Source: Antedon mediterranea (lineage: Eukaryota > Animalia > Echinodermata). Taken from it: a stretch of DNA of 64,000 nucleotides. Position numbers and translations under genes: made by a program. Position 1 is the first letter of the stretch; every line of letters begins with the position of its first letter. The stretch lies in NCBI RefSeq assembly GCF_964355755.1, contig NC_092671.1:5704001-5768000 (forward strand), in the 5' to 3' direction. This document shows, piece by piece, positions 1 to 13,800 of the stretch. A model generated the notes under the pieces. It had not been told where the DNA came from. It saw nothing but the letters and a program-made list of their open reading frames with translations, and made no database searches.

Positions 1-17
1 TATTTTTCCATATTCAG

Positions 18-768
18 CCATCACCCCTATTCAGTAAAATAGAAGCATCCCAGGCTGAAGAATTAAAAACAAAGTTTGCTGGTAAGCAGAATCCAGTAGG
101 AACTGGTCAGGCAACACCTGCTGCTGCTCAACAACCACCCGCAACTCCTCAGCAGCCAACATTAAGTAGCCCATCAAATATTGAGGAGCTTAAAGCTCAA
201 GTGACAGCTCAGGTATTTCTTTTTGGAGATTTTTTTAAAACTTGTTTTAATTACTATTTCTATGTTATTAGGTCCATAAAATCATTTATTTATTTTTATG
301 AGGGTGGTCCATCCAGCCGAAGCTGATTATTAGGGACCCTCACAAAGATACAATTTGACAAGATATTAACATACAGCAATGAAAAAAATTAATATAAAAA
401 TGTTTAAAAATAATTACAATCAAAAGGAAAATCCATAAAAACAATAAATTAAATCATAAATAAATTAATCATAGGATTAAAAGGAAATAAACTTTACATG
501 AGTTGAGATACATTATGTAAAACTAGAAGATTTTATAAATACTAATCTACATTCAACCTTTACCAGCAGAAATAAAACTGTATATTTTTCATCTTAGGGA
601 GAAATTGTAAGATCTTTAAAGACTGCAAAAGCAGACAAAGATAAGATTGAATCTGAAGTAAAGAAGCTTTTGGAACTGAAGAAGACCCTGGCTAAACTCT
701 CTGGTGAATCACCACCAAGTAGTTCATCCAGTAAATCAAAGAAAAATAAAAAGAAGAAAGGAAAGTGA
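18..768 (+). CDS. MARS1: Methionyl-tRNA synthetase, cytoplasmic: last two coding exons (18-212, 598-768); 5' part lies outside the window
   Basis: Phase-0 exons with AG/GT boundaries join to PSPLFSKIEASQAEELKTKFAGKQ...IEELKAQVTAQ|GEIVRSLKTAKADKDKIESEVKKLLELKKTLAKLSGE...KKNKKKKGK*, matching the MetRS C-terminus (SPLF.K...F.G.Q, WHEP-TRS helix-turn-helix, Lys-rich end). TGA at 766-768. Confidence 0.88.
284..560 (-). mobile_element. Probable 5'-truncated LINE 3' UTR remnant in the MARS1 intron
   Basis: The minus strand reads a T-rich UTR, then GAGGGTCC-taataat-CAGC-TTCG-GCTG-gat-GGACC-ACCCTC (stem-loop), then AAAATAAATAAA. Same architecture as the LINE 3' end at 47973-48075. Confidence 0.45.
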
Positions 769-776
769 TCGGAAAT

Positions 777-839
777 ATGAATACCTTAGGGTCATTTATG
801 AATACCTTAGGGTCATTTATGAATACCTTAGGGTCATTT
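777..839 (+). repeat. 3 x 21-bp tandem repeat in the MARS1 3' UTR
   Basis: ATGAATACCTTAGGGTCATTT repeated three times just after the stop codon. Confidence 0.9.
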
Positions 840-1858
840 GAATGCAATATGATTGAATGCTGGATAAATATCACAAACCTTACCAAACATTGAACCATTT
901 TATATAAATACTGAATAAAGGCATGTTGTATTAATTTTGCCTCCATATAAAGACCACATGTAATTTCTTTAAACATCTGTCCTCTAAAAAGCAACCAGTA
1001 CAGTAATAGTTATATAGCCCCTCAACTATTACACACATATTAATATAACAATTTCGTATGATAGTGTTTTACTATTGTAAAATGTAATTTCTATGTGACA
1101 TGCTGCTAATATTTTGGAAAAACTTTCTAATAAATATACTGTGATGTCAAAAAAATAATGTATTTTCTGTCCTATTATGTTTTGTTTGTATATAAAAGAG
1201 TCTTACAATTACAGATGCCCTTTCTAATATCTGGTTCAGTGTAGTGTAAATGTGTTGCGGTTTGATTCATTTTTGCCGTTCAAAAAACTACGATCATACA
1301 TGGTTAATGGTCTTAATAACCAATAAAGAGACATTGAGACATTGTTACTGTATAGAAATCATTTTTATTGTTTAACATGAACAAAAAAGGTATTTAAAGA
1401 TAACTTTAATCATACAATAAAATAATATAATAATATATATCAATTGATTTATAAACACAACAGGCATAGAACATTCTAAACCTTGATTTATATATTCATA
1501 TTGTACAAAATTCATACTTATTTTTTTTTTTTTTTGCTTTATAATCTATATATCATTTATTCATGCTGTATATAAATGAATACATTTATTGTTTCCGTTT
1601 TAATAATACTGTAATAATTTACTTGTGCATTTATGCAAATTTCCTTATTTAATGGTGCTGTGAAAATGCTAGAAAATCACTTAAAAGGAAAAAAATAAGT
1701 TGACTTAAAGTTTAAAAAATTTAAGCTATATATCAATTTATGGCCATGTACACACATAGTGGAAAAACATGCATTGCACGGTATTGAGCAATTATTAATC
1801 AATATTGAAATATACAACAGGAAAAATATTAAATGTCAAAATAAAAAATGATGTGTTA

Positions 1859-4800
1859 TTAAGCCTCAGCTTGAGCTTTCTTATCTATCTGTACTGAAGA
1901 AGTTCCACTTTCATATAATTGATTATCTATACCACTCGTAGCTTTACTGTCATCAAATGAAAACTTCTTGCGCTGTACGACGAACCAAATGATCATGACG
2001 AGGGCAAGCAGAAGCACACATGACGCCAACGTAATGCCAACAATTCCTCCAGTGTTCAAACCTAGGAATAATCAAATTATTTTAAAACAATACAAAAATG
2101 GTTTCTTTTTATTGCGTTTTTCACATATTCTCTTCACATTTCGCTTTTATTTTAATATATATATATATAGTTAACTTTTTTTTTGTATCTCCATTGCCAC
2201 TGATACCCACAGCATTTTTTCAGTATTTTTTTCTTTGGAGTTATACTGTATATATATATATTCTGATGAAGGGCTAGTGTTGCCCGAAAGCTCTGCTAAC
2301 TTTTCTGGCTGTTTTACTTTATCGTTTCGATTTAGCTTTTTTTTTTTGTATCTCCATTGAGATCCAGCCACTGATACCCACATCATTTTTTCAGTATTTT
2401 GCCTTTGAAGTTATATATACTGAAAAGATTGTTTAATATACTTATAATATGATTGATTTGAATTATTAGGGAGTTTCAATTTAATAATAATTCATTGTGT
2501 GCATGTGGGGACATTGGGATGTGCTTACTCATTCTATTCCTTGACCAGGTTAGGCAGATTAGTCAAAGATACAATATATGCATAGGGCCTAGGTCATCGC
2601 AAACTCCCTATTATTAGTGTGTTACAGTAACAATTATGATGGAGGTGTATGGAGTAGCTTGGTGATCATGATACTTGCCTATAACACTACTAGAAAAATA
2701 GTTCCCTCTTAGAAGCTGTGTACTCTAATAGCAATGAAGTAGGTTGGATGTAATGATGCTTACCTACCAACTTCATAGTCCTCTGTTCTGATGTCAGGAT
2801 TTTTTTCACGTCAAAACAATTTTCCAACAAAAAAGCATTTATTTCTAGTGACTTTTTTCTTTGAACCAATGAAATTGAAATGAATGAAACTAAGTTTACA
2901 CCATTATTGTACTACGTATGCATTTATTGATTCTTAAAGATGATTTAATAAAAATTGTATATAGCACATAATATGGAGTAGCTTTGGTGGCGACAAAGCT
3001 TTACTACAAATTCCAGAGTTTGAACTCTATATGATACCGAGATTTTTCTTCTCACGACAAAACAAAAAACTCTGTTAAAGAGCTTATTTATGTAGAGCAT
3101 TAAATCTAGCTTATGGATATGGAGTGAGAGGAGATAATGAACACACAATACAAGAATTTATAATGAAGCATCAGTGATATCTTAAATATATACTCTAGTC
3201 TATAGATATATTTTACCTGTAGTTGGTTCCTTATTTCCATCCTTGTTAGTTGGTGTTATAGGTCGATTTGGTCCATCGTCTGTCGAACTCACTGGTGCTC
3301 CTGAAAACAACAACAAACTATTCTAAAGCTCTGTCTACATTATAAAACTAGTTTCGCAAAAAAAGTGTGATATGCCCAAATATGGTAGTTATATGACATC
3401 ATCATTTCCATATATGTTTCGCATTCTTTTATCACATAAAGTTTGATAGTGTAGACAGGGCTTAATGTTAAACATGATTCTCAATTTATTCATACAATTG
3501 ATACAGAAATCAGATTCTTAATTTTAACACTGACAATAAAACTACTATAAAAGATTGGGCATGGAGGTACCAGTCCCATGGTTTGGCTATATATTTCCTC
3601 CATGGTTTGGAGGTACCAGTTCCATGGTTTAGCTATATATTTCCTCCATGGTTTGGAGGTATACAGTCCCATGGTTTGGCTATATATTTTATCCACGGTT
3701 TAAAGGTATACCAGTCCCATGGGTTGGCTATATATTTCCTCCATGATTTGGAGGTATACCAGTCCCATGGGTTGGCTATATATTTCCTCCATGAATTGGA
3801 GGTATACTAGTCCAATAGGTTGGCTATATATTTCCTCCATGGTTTGGAGGTATACCAGTCCAATAGGTTGGCTATATATTTCCTCTATAGTTTGGAGATA
3901 TAGCAGTCCCATGGTTTGGCACTTTCACTGAGTTGGTACACCCAGAAAGCTTTGTCAGGCACAAACCAACGACCATCAATGACTGCAAGAAGAGGATTCA
4001 TAGGCCTGATAGACCAAGATGATGACAGATAACTTTAAAATGTCATACCTTTAAGAATTTCACAAACATAAGCTTGGCCATCATTACAGTTTTCATCATT
4101 CCAATAACCAAACTGTGGGTACAATTCAACACAGTTTTCATGCTTTCCGTTGTGGGTCATGGTTGGCTCTCCATCCTCCCAGAATGTGTAATCTACTCCA
4201 GTACCATCAGACCACATAAATCCACCTGAAACCAAGTCCATCAGAATATTAATTCTTTCTTGCTAGTGAATAAATTAATTTTTTTTAAACATAATTTTCC
4301 ATGTCGACTTAGCATTTTCAGGTTTTGTCACAATCCAATAACGTAAAGAGATATTGACCAACCTCTATTTTTGTGAAATAAGATACTGTACAGTAGTTAA
4401 TATATATAAGTATAATATTCCTAAGAGACAGATGTCTAACTTACCACTGTCTGATCTAAACAGTCCAACCCAAACGCTTTTGCCTAAAAAGCTCTGCACA
4501 TTAGCACGAATGAATTCATTTTGAGCTCGGCTGTGAATGCTGGCAAGATGACCTGCATGGTTCAAAGAGCAGGCAAATTCTGCCTCTGCCCATGAGATAG
4601 AAGTGAAAGAGACGCCAAAGAAGTAGCAGTGGCTTCCATAAGGAATCCATTCGCTAGTAGGGCAGGTGCCTGGGCGTGGTGCAGGTGTAACTGGCTTCTC
4701 AGCTGAAACAAGGCAAAGATATTCAACATTTATTAATTTCTATCAATGGTACAATACAATAATAATAATTAAACAATAACAACAATCCCATTAATAGAGG

Positions 4801-7800
4801 ATCTTGCAAGAAGAAATTACTTGTCACGCAAGATTCATTAATGAAAGGGTGGGAAATAAAATGTACATTCAATACATAAAAAAATGGGTTTTTAAAAAAT
4901 ATTATAATGTATGTGGTTATTTCAGTACATATACAAAGAAACAGTTGACATTGAACATTCTGTCAGCAGGCATAAAGGGCCTTTCACACCTGTTGCGGCA
5001 CAGTTTCTGTCCGGCGCTCCAAACGGCTATGTGCCAATCGATAGATGGATTTGCAGGTGTGAAAGATCCTTTAGTCCTTTGTCATGTATTGACCAACTGC
5101 CTGCCAACTTTGCAATTGTACAAAATGCGGTGGACTTAGAGATCATCAACTGCTGAAATTCTGCGACACCAGATTTATAAACTTACCAGTAGTAGTCTTG
5201 CAGAGAGGGTAGTGAAGGCTTGTGCAAGTAGCATCCTCCCAGGTACCATCATCATTCACTCTGACACATCCCTCGCCAGGTCCCTTGCTAGGTTCATTCT
5301 CTGCCCAGTTAGTGTACCAAATTGGCCATCCATCTAACCACATATATTCTCCTTCCACCTACAGAATGGAAACATGAATAATAATTATAATAGTTAAATA
5401 AAAGCTATAAAGGACAACATCAGTGGGCAATCAAAACTAATGATTAACCTTGGACTTCAATTCAATTTCTTTTGTTTTGCCGAAGTACTATATCCATATG
5501 CATGAAAACAGAAACAGCAAAGCCTTTTCAACTCTACAATAAATGTCTATAGAAATAACAGCTTATGCATACAAATATACTTAGATAACATTTTATATGT
5601 ATAAGAGTAAGGGATAACTAGATCGTCTGGTTACAGTGCTCGATTCCATAGGTAGAGTTAAATATATATCAAAAATAAAACTTGATTACTTCATAGTACT
5701 TTATTACAGAACAAATTTGTTTTGTATGCTAACAGGGCTAACACACTCATGAAGTGAAAAATACAAACATAACTGGCATAGCTCTACACAATAAAGTCAA
5801 ACATTTCAATTTTACATTATGTAATTTTTTTTATGCATGTTAAATTTCATGTTAAAGAAAGGGAAACTATAAATCATATCTTAAATTAACACCAATTTTA
5901 AACCCACTACGTATTTAACAAAAAAATAAACATACTTTCATATCAATCATTCCTATCCAAACTGGCTCATTGTTATTTCCATAAACAAGTGATTCTACAA
6001 AGACTTGTTCATATCCATCAGGAATGCTCGCCAACTCTGAATTCTGGTTCTCACACAGCTGCCTGGCTGAAGCAAAGTCACGCTTTGTGGTGTCCATCAT
6101 GTAGCAAGAGTCGCCATACTTTCGGAAATTTGGTTGACCACAGTATTCAATATTGTCAGGATTAACGGGAAGCGTAGGGTCTGAAATATATAAATTATTA
6201 GGTGTAATTTAAGAATCTTTTGTTCTTTATTTCTCGCCATTTCTCATTTCAGTTTCTGAACTAACCTGCCTAGCTTCTACTAACGTATAATATAGGTATA
6301 TATATCATGCTTATATACTTCATTTCAAACTAAAGAAATCTCTAAAGCCTTCTCTACACTATAACTAGTTTGACAATAAAAGTATGATGTGCTCAAATAT
6401 GGTAGTGATATACCCAAATATGGTAGTAATATGACATCATGTCCATATATGGGCAAATCATATTTTTTTGTAGACAGAGCTTAACAGAATAAGAACTGTC
6501 TGTATTGTTTGACTTACTCAGAGGTTGTTGACAGACATATGCATTTAGACTGCTACAGTCAACATCATCCCATTTACCAGTCTGTTCAGCACTGTTCATC
6601 ATCTTTACACAATCACTTGAGCTCTGTTTGGTCAGAAAAGTAGAGGATTTAAGTTAATAATGGTCATAATGGCATATAAATGGGGGTGCAAAGCATCCCT
6701 CTTCGGCCAATATCATGCCATTTACTATTATTTTCAGCATGACTCTACACTGGCGACATACTTATGTGAGTGACCCATCTTCATCCAGTAAAAAAATATT
6801 TATGTACACAACTCTAAACTTGGTTTTATTAATGCCAGGATCTGACCATACTCTCCTCCTCTGGTTCCTGTCTACACCCTATTGTCTCCATTAAGGCCAA
6901 TTTACACAGACAAGAGGTAACAGTAAGCCAAAAACTGTGTAGCTTGTCCCATGTAGAATCTGTATCTATCCTCAGCGGAAACCAGTCGTCCGCTCTGAGC
7001 TTTGTGTAAATGGTCATAGGGAATAACATAACAGATTCTATATTTTTATTACCGTTACCGCTCGTCTGTGTAAATTGACCTTTGGTGACCACGTTTTATA
7101 TAGTTATTCGCTTAATAAGGTATATTGCAGTATTTTCTGTGTCTTACCCCATCTGGTAACACAACTCCACTCTTTGGTTCATACATAGCCCAAGCCTCAA
7201 AGTCTAGGCTTGTACCATCAACCCAGGCAAATTTACCATCAGTATGTCGGTCGTTTAGACCAGTCCAAATATCAGTGTTTGCTGTTTTTATATATGTTGA
7301 CAAATAAGCTGAAATTACAACATTTTTAATCATAAATTCACATACACATACATACATGAGTTAAGATAAAAGGTACCAAGCTTGATTAGCTTCGGCTACA
7401 GTATATCTTGGCTACCTTTTGTATTGAAATTGTTTTTGTTTGATACAATAAAGAAAGTCAAAAGGGGACGAAACATAAATAAAGCAGGGAATATAATAAA
7501 ATTGATATATATAAACATCACAGGCACAGAATAAATTCTAACCCGCCCAGTGATATACTGAAATTTAATTAATTAATTTGAAACGATAAAGATGAGGAAA
7601 TCTGTGAGAATGAGAAAAAGTCCCCCAACCGAGATTCGAACCCGGAACCTTCTGCTTGATATGCAGATGTCCTAGCCATTAGACCACTGGGGCTTTCATG
7701 GTTCAAACTCGATTGGATAGCGACTCTTTAACACTCTTGGCGTAGTACGGCGGAACAGCACTAGTCCCTCAATTCTACACACGCGCACCAGAGATCAAAT

Positions 7801-10800
7801 TGATATGCGCTTATCTATCAGTATTATTCACGAAGCAGGATCATATGAAGTACTGTACCTTGTAGTTCTTTGTTATGAATGGTGACCAGATCAGCATTCT
7901 TTGCGAGACACATGCTGCGAGCATCACTCCATTTGAGTCTGTCAGCAATTTCCGTTCCATACACTCTATAGCAACGGTTGCTGTGTTTAACCCAGCCATT
8001 CAGGCAGTTTCCAGTAGGTGGTGGAGTAGGAGCGTTTGTGATTGGCTTGATATTATCCTCCGCCTTTTTGCAAACGAACGGACCAGGAATACCACAAGCT
8101 TGATCATTCCATGCAGCCACTTTAATTTAAATATCACATATAAACATTTCGTTAAATGCATTTAATGGTTCATACTGCATTAACAGACAATTGTGTTCTC
8201 TGTTTTGTAAAATCTTAAATAAACTCTAGTTTACATAGATTTTGCAATCAAATGCCTGTAACGTAGGCCTATCACTCTTTATAATCCGTACGTTGTATTA
8301 TTTTCTCATATAAACAATGTAAACACTTTCAAGAAACGTTTCAATCCTTATTATCTATATTATATTTATCTTATTATCTGTTTGTTATCTGTTATTTTCT
8401 TGTATAGATACTGTAACCAAACATTTTCATCATATAGATACTGTATTTAAATACCTGCATTACTCTTTATGATCTGTATTTTTCTATAGAAGAATTGATT
8501 GTTAATTTTTGTATTAGTCTCTAATTGTATTGTAATGTATTATTGAAATGAAAGATTGAAAAAAAAAAAAATTAGTTTAATTAATGTTGTTTAAATCACT
8601 TGATTAGCTCTCTTTACAAAATCTACCCTTACAATGAAAGAACACCTTAATGCGACAATTTGCAGAAGTCTCATATAATGCTAAATGGTTGTCATGACAA
8701 AACACAACACTTACATTTTTGTACTTCCAGTTCAACACATTGCTCTGCTCCATTGAAATCATTGGGTTCGTTCTTGGCCCAGTTTATGTAATCAAATGAC
8801 GTACCATCACTCCACCTGTTAAGAAATTGTATACACTTTTTTAAATAAAAGAGTTGTGAGGTGTTTTCTAAAATGATCGCATGATCAAAACGGTACGATC
8901 AACTACCGTTCATGTTCCCAACTAATCATCTATTCATAGAAGTACTGATGAAAAAGTCAATCTGTGGCGACTATAGAAGCTGTAGTAACGCATTCCTTTT
9001 TTGAACTTCAGAATGTTTCATAAACAAAGAATTAACTTAAAAGAAAACAGAAAAAAAAAATGTGCATACTTATAATCTCCTCCAGCTGCTTGTTCTCGTA
9101 GACCAATCCAGTAAGACCCAATGACTTTGCTTACCTAGATTATTAGATTATAATACAAAAAGAAAGCCAATAACATAAAATAAATGAGATAAGCAAAAGG
9201 AAAAAAAAAACCATAACGAATTCTGTCAACAACTTATTATAAATTATTACTAATATTATGATTTACTCATCTCATTATCTTCCTATATTATGCAGAACCT
9301 TGGGTTGGTCACATTTATGCGTGCATTTTATTATTGGTTTGCCATAAATTAATATTTCACCAAAATATAAAAATCTATAAAGTTCCAATCTCCAAAGTGT
9401 GTGTAATAATTTGCTTTTAATAAAAACATAAAGATTTCTTACAAGTCTAAAGACATAGTTCTGCTCAAATACATCATGAATTGATGCTAAGTGGCCGCCT
9501 CTACTTTTACAATAATCCTCAGCATCTTGCCATCCTTTACGTCCGGTACCATAGGCTGGACTCACGTAGTAACAATAGGGTGATCGATAGACCCAGCTGC
9601 TGTCTGACGGACACGGTATAGCTTCAATAAAAAAATTAAAAAAATTTTTATTCAATATGATAGGCTTACATAAATACCCATTTTCCAATTTAAAACATAC
9701 CTAAAATACAAAAATTAGCCAGCTTAAAGATGTATTGTCAGCTTAAAGATGTATTGTCCCCCAAAAACATGAAAAAAAAAGATTAATAAATTTTGAATAG
9801 GCAATTTTGCAGTTCTAATAAAGTTATTCACTTCTGTAGAAAAAATAGTTATTTCACTTATAAAAGACAAAAGAAACGGTTAATTTTAACCAAAAGTCAT
9901 TGTCTGACAGACAATTTATGTCAATTTTGCTTTAAATTACATTTTTTTCATGGAAAACCATTTTTTTTTCGCTCCAGTTTTTTGTCAAAGTGAATAACTA
10001 TTTTGTGACATTAGAATGGCATATTCATCAACAAAAATGGTAAAAATTATTTTTTAGGGGGATATATCTTTAAGGCAGATGAGGCAAAAAATTAGTCTGA
10101 AACACCCACATCCCCTGGAAAAATATGCATAGTATAATTCATATTCTGACAGCTCATTAAAAGTTAATTTGTTTTAATTAATTAATTCAAAACATCGTCT
10201 TACGTGCATCTGGATCAGGAGATGGTGTTATGGGAGTAACTCCTTTGGCGATTTTACAGATCCAGTTTCTGACCGTTGAGCAATCCATATCATTCCAGCC
10301 TCTCTGACCGTCAAAGAACATCTCCACGCATTCCTCAGATCCACTATCATTAGGTTCACCATCTCCCCAGTTGGTGTAACCAACAGCTGTACCATCACTC
10401 CATTCATAGCCTTTAGAAAAGACAAATAAAATACAGTAAATTTCAGAATTTTACAGGCATACACATGCGCATATCAAAACAAACACAGACATTCATTTTT
10501 TTAATTCCCACTAGGACACAACACAAGTAATTTGACCAATCAGAAGCGATGGATTATTCAAACTGTCACTTGTCATTGGTCAATTCAAATTCATTGCATC
10601 CTAGTGGGAACCAAGCTTAAATAAAGGAAACTTACCACCCTCAATGGTACGGTCGTTGAGACCAATCCAATACCCTAACCAGTAAGCGTTTTCCTGATCA
10701 CTAAAGCAACATAACAAAAAAATTTTAAATAATTTGTTGGTTAAATGGGTAACCAATAAAAGATCAGCAAGTACAGGAGATACTCATACAATACTTCTTC

Positions 10801-13800
10801 ATTACGTAGATATAAGAAAATTAAATTAAAAAACCCTTTAGTACTAGTAGAGTCAATGTTCTTAAAAATGGTTACATCAGTAGATTAAGTTTATCTTTAT
10901 CATCCCCATATAAACATTTTTAAATCAATCTTTTTCGTCGTAATTTAAGTGTTTCTGAGTTGTTATAATTGTTATATAATTGTCTCTGTATCTGTTAAAC
11001 CAAGCCGTAAGTGGCGGATTTGTTTCTGCTGTTGGTTCTGGTTTTAAAAATAAAATTTAAAAAAACTTACATAGGTGTAAATCTACCAAGTATATAAGCC
11101 TCCTCTGCAGCACTATGGAAGCTAGCAAGATCACCACCCATTTTTAAACAAGACTGCTGGGCTTCTAACCATGACAACCTGTTATTTTGACTGGATTCTT
11201 CGTTTGGCTGAAAAAAAATTTAACAAAATTGATTTAAACATATCTGCTCAAATATCTATTGTTAATTTAAAAATCACACCATATTTAATGTACATTTAGG
11301 TACTAAACATTATAGTCTTTAGCATGGTAAGCTTACTGATAGTACATAACCTTTTTTTGTTTAAATTAGGTAAATATTAAATACCTAAGTGCATTGAAAA
11401 AGAAACACAAAATCTAACCAAGTCATTAAAAAATCACTTTTATTAACACCATAATTTAATGTACATAGGTACTAAACATTACAGTCTTTAGAATGGCAAG
11501 CTTACTATTAGTACATAGCCTTTTTTTTTAATTAGGTCAATATTGAATACCTACTGTAAGTGTGTTAAAAAAGAAAAACAAAATCTAACCAAGTAACAAG
11601 AGCTTCCATAGCCAATCCATCCTGGTGCACAGTTCTGGTCACTTGGGGGTGTTGTACGAGGGGGATTTGTGTGAGGTGGGTGTGTGTAACCAACTCGGCT
11701 CTTCTCACACACATATGGAAGTCCAAGAGCACAGTTTGTGTCTATCCAGAAACCTGGTGAACTCTGACCCGATGTTATAGATACGCAATCTCCACCACTG
11801 TTATCTGAAATAAGATTATGTTCATGAATTCAATATGGTAGGAATAATGATTGTTAATGTATAACATTTTCTAGGTCTAAGCACTACACAAGTAGGCACA
11901 ATATTCACGTCCATACAAAACAAGGCTGTTCATATGCTTTCACATCCCTACATTAGGTATGTATAAAAGGATGCTCTAAAATGAATTTTTTTTCACATTT
12001 TAGGTTCAATCCATAGTTAACATAAGATAATATAAATTCACTCCAATGAAAAAACTGAAAAAATATCAAGAACAAGCTCATTAATGCAGAATATTATGAA
12101 CTAACCTGGCTGTCCTTGAGCCCAGTTTGTGTAAGAAACCGAAGCACCATCTGACCACACATATGTGCCTGGAGTAACAGTGTCACTCAAGCCAATCCAG
12201 TAATTGTTTCCATTTTCTAGACTCAACTCACTTTCCAACAATGCTTGACCAAACCTAAGAAAACATATTTAGATTATTCTTTTAAGAGGTTAAAACATTA
12301 CAGATAGCTAGAATCACTATTGCGAAATGTAATGAGTAACCAGCGCCCATACTTACTGATCGTGGATAGACATAAGATTTCCATTATTTGTATTGCAGTC
12401 TTTTTCTGCATCTTGCCAAGTTTTTGGGCTGTTCACTATCTTCACACATCTGTACTCATGACCAATCCAGCCCTTTATTGAAAACAAAAATAATTTTTAA
12501 TTTTAAAGATATATCTTCCCTCTAAAACAATTTTTTTTTTTTTGGAATATGCCATTTTAATGTCACATAATAGTTATTCACTTTGACCAAAAACTGGATC
12601 GGGGAAAAAAAGATTTACCTGAAAAAATGTAATTTAAAGCAAAAAATACTTAAATTGTCCGTCAGTCAATTGTTGGCTTTTTAAAGGGGAACTCATTATT
12701 TTTGTTTGTTTTTAGTGAGTGAATAACTTTATTAAAACTACAAAATCGCCTATTTAAAATCTGATTTAATTAATCTTAATTTTTCATGTTTTTAGGGGAC
12801 AATTACATCTTTAAATAAAAATCAAGTGATAAGTGATCACTTTTGAAACTCATGGTTTGTATACAGATATTTGTACTTACAGCACCGCATCCTTTATCTG
12901 TAGGTATTGCAGTATTTCCCACATCGATCTTCTTCATTTTGCAGATAGATGTAAATGCTCCACTACAAACATTATCATTCCAAGTTCCCTGTAAAAAATA
13001 ACATTTACGAGGATGATTAATAATCCACCAGAAATTGTCTTATTTTACTATAAAACATCAAATCAAATTTGTTTCATCAGATTTCAAGAAACTGAAGAGT
13101 CAAATACTGTTTGATGCCATGACTAAAGCTCTGTCTACACTATCAAACTGGTTTTGACAAAAAAAAGTGTGATGTACCAAATTATGGTAGTGATATGCCC
13201 AAATATGAGTGACGTGATACGACATCATCATGTCAATAAATGGGCACATCACATTTTGTTGTCACATAAAGTTTGATAGTGTAGGCAGAGCTCAAACCAG
13301 TAACAAAAGTCATAATAAAAAAGCTTACATCCCAGTAGCGAAGCTCAATGCAGTCTTCTCCATCGTACCAATTATCAGGTTGGTTTTGTCCCCAGTAGGT
13401 GAAGTCGACCTTTGAACCATCAAGCCAAGCAAAGGTTCCTTCATTGTTGTTATCACTCATTCCAATCCAAGTAGAGTGGCCAAAAAGATCTGAAGACATT
13501 TATTTTATACTACTAAAGAAACTTTTATTGCGTAGGGGAAAACCCAATATCATCATCCACACAAAAACCAATAGATGCACTGATTATATTTAAATAACAT
13601 AGTATAAAACTGACTCAAAATATTACAAGAGGCAAGTCATGATTCTATTTCTATTCTACAAGAATCAATATAAATCAGTGTTTTGAAAACATAAATACTC
13701 TACCTTGTTGAACAAGATTCAACAGAAAACTATTCTCTCCTACATTGTGGACCGATGCCAATTCAGCACCTGCATAGCGGTTTTGGCATTTCATACTGGA

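Noticed and set aside
692-994. 100-aa minus-strand ORF with NDPKVFI repeats
   Set aside because: Antisense reading of the MARS1 last exon and the 21-bp UTR repeat.
3490-3931. Repetitive ORFs (MEEIYSQPMGLVYLQ; WRYTSPMGWLYISS)
   Set aside because: Translations of the 48-bp minisatellite; no splice context linking them to the gene.
7620-7697. Possible tRNA-Sec or suppressor tRNA (TCA in the loop)
   Set aside because: The 7-nt loop ATATCAA centres on ATC, not TCA; there is no long variable arm; a second decayed copy with the same tail shows it is a repeat.
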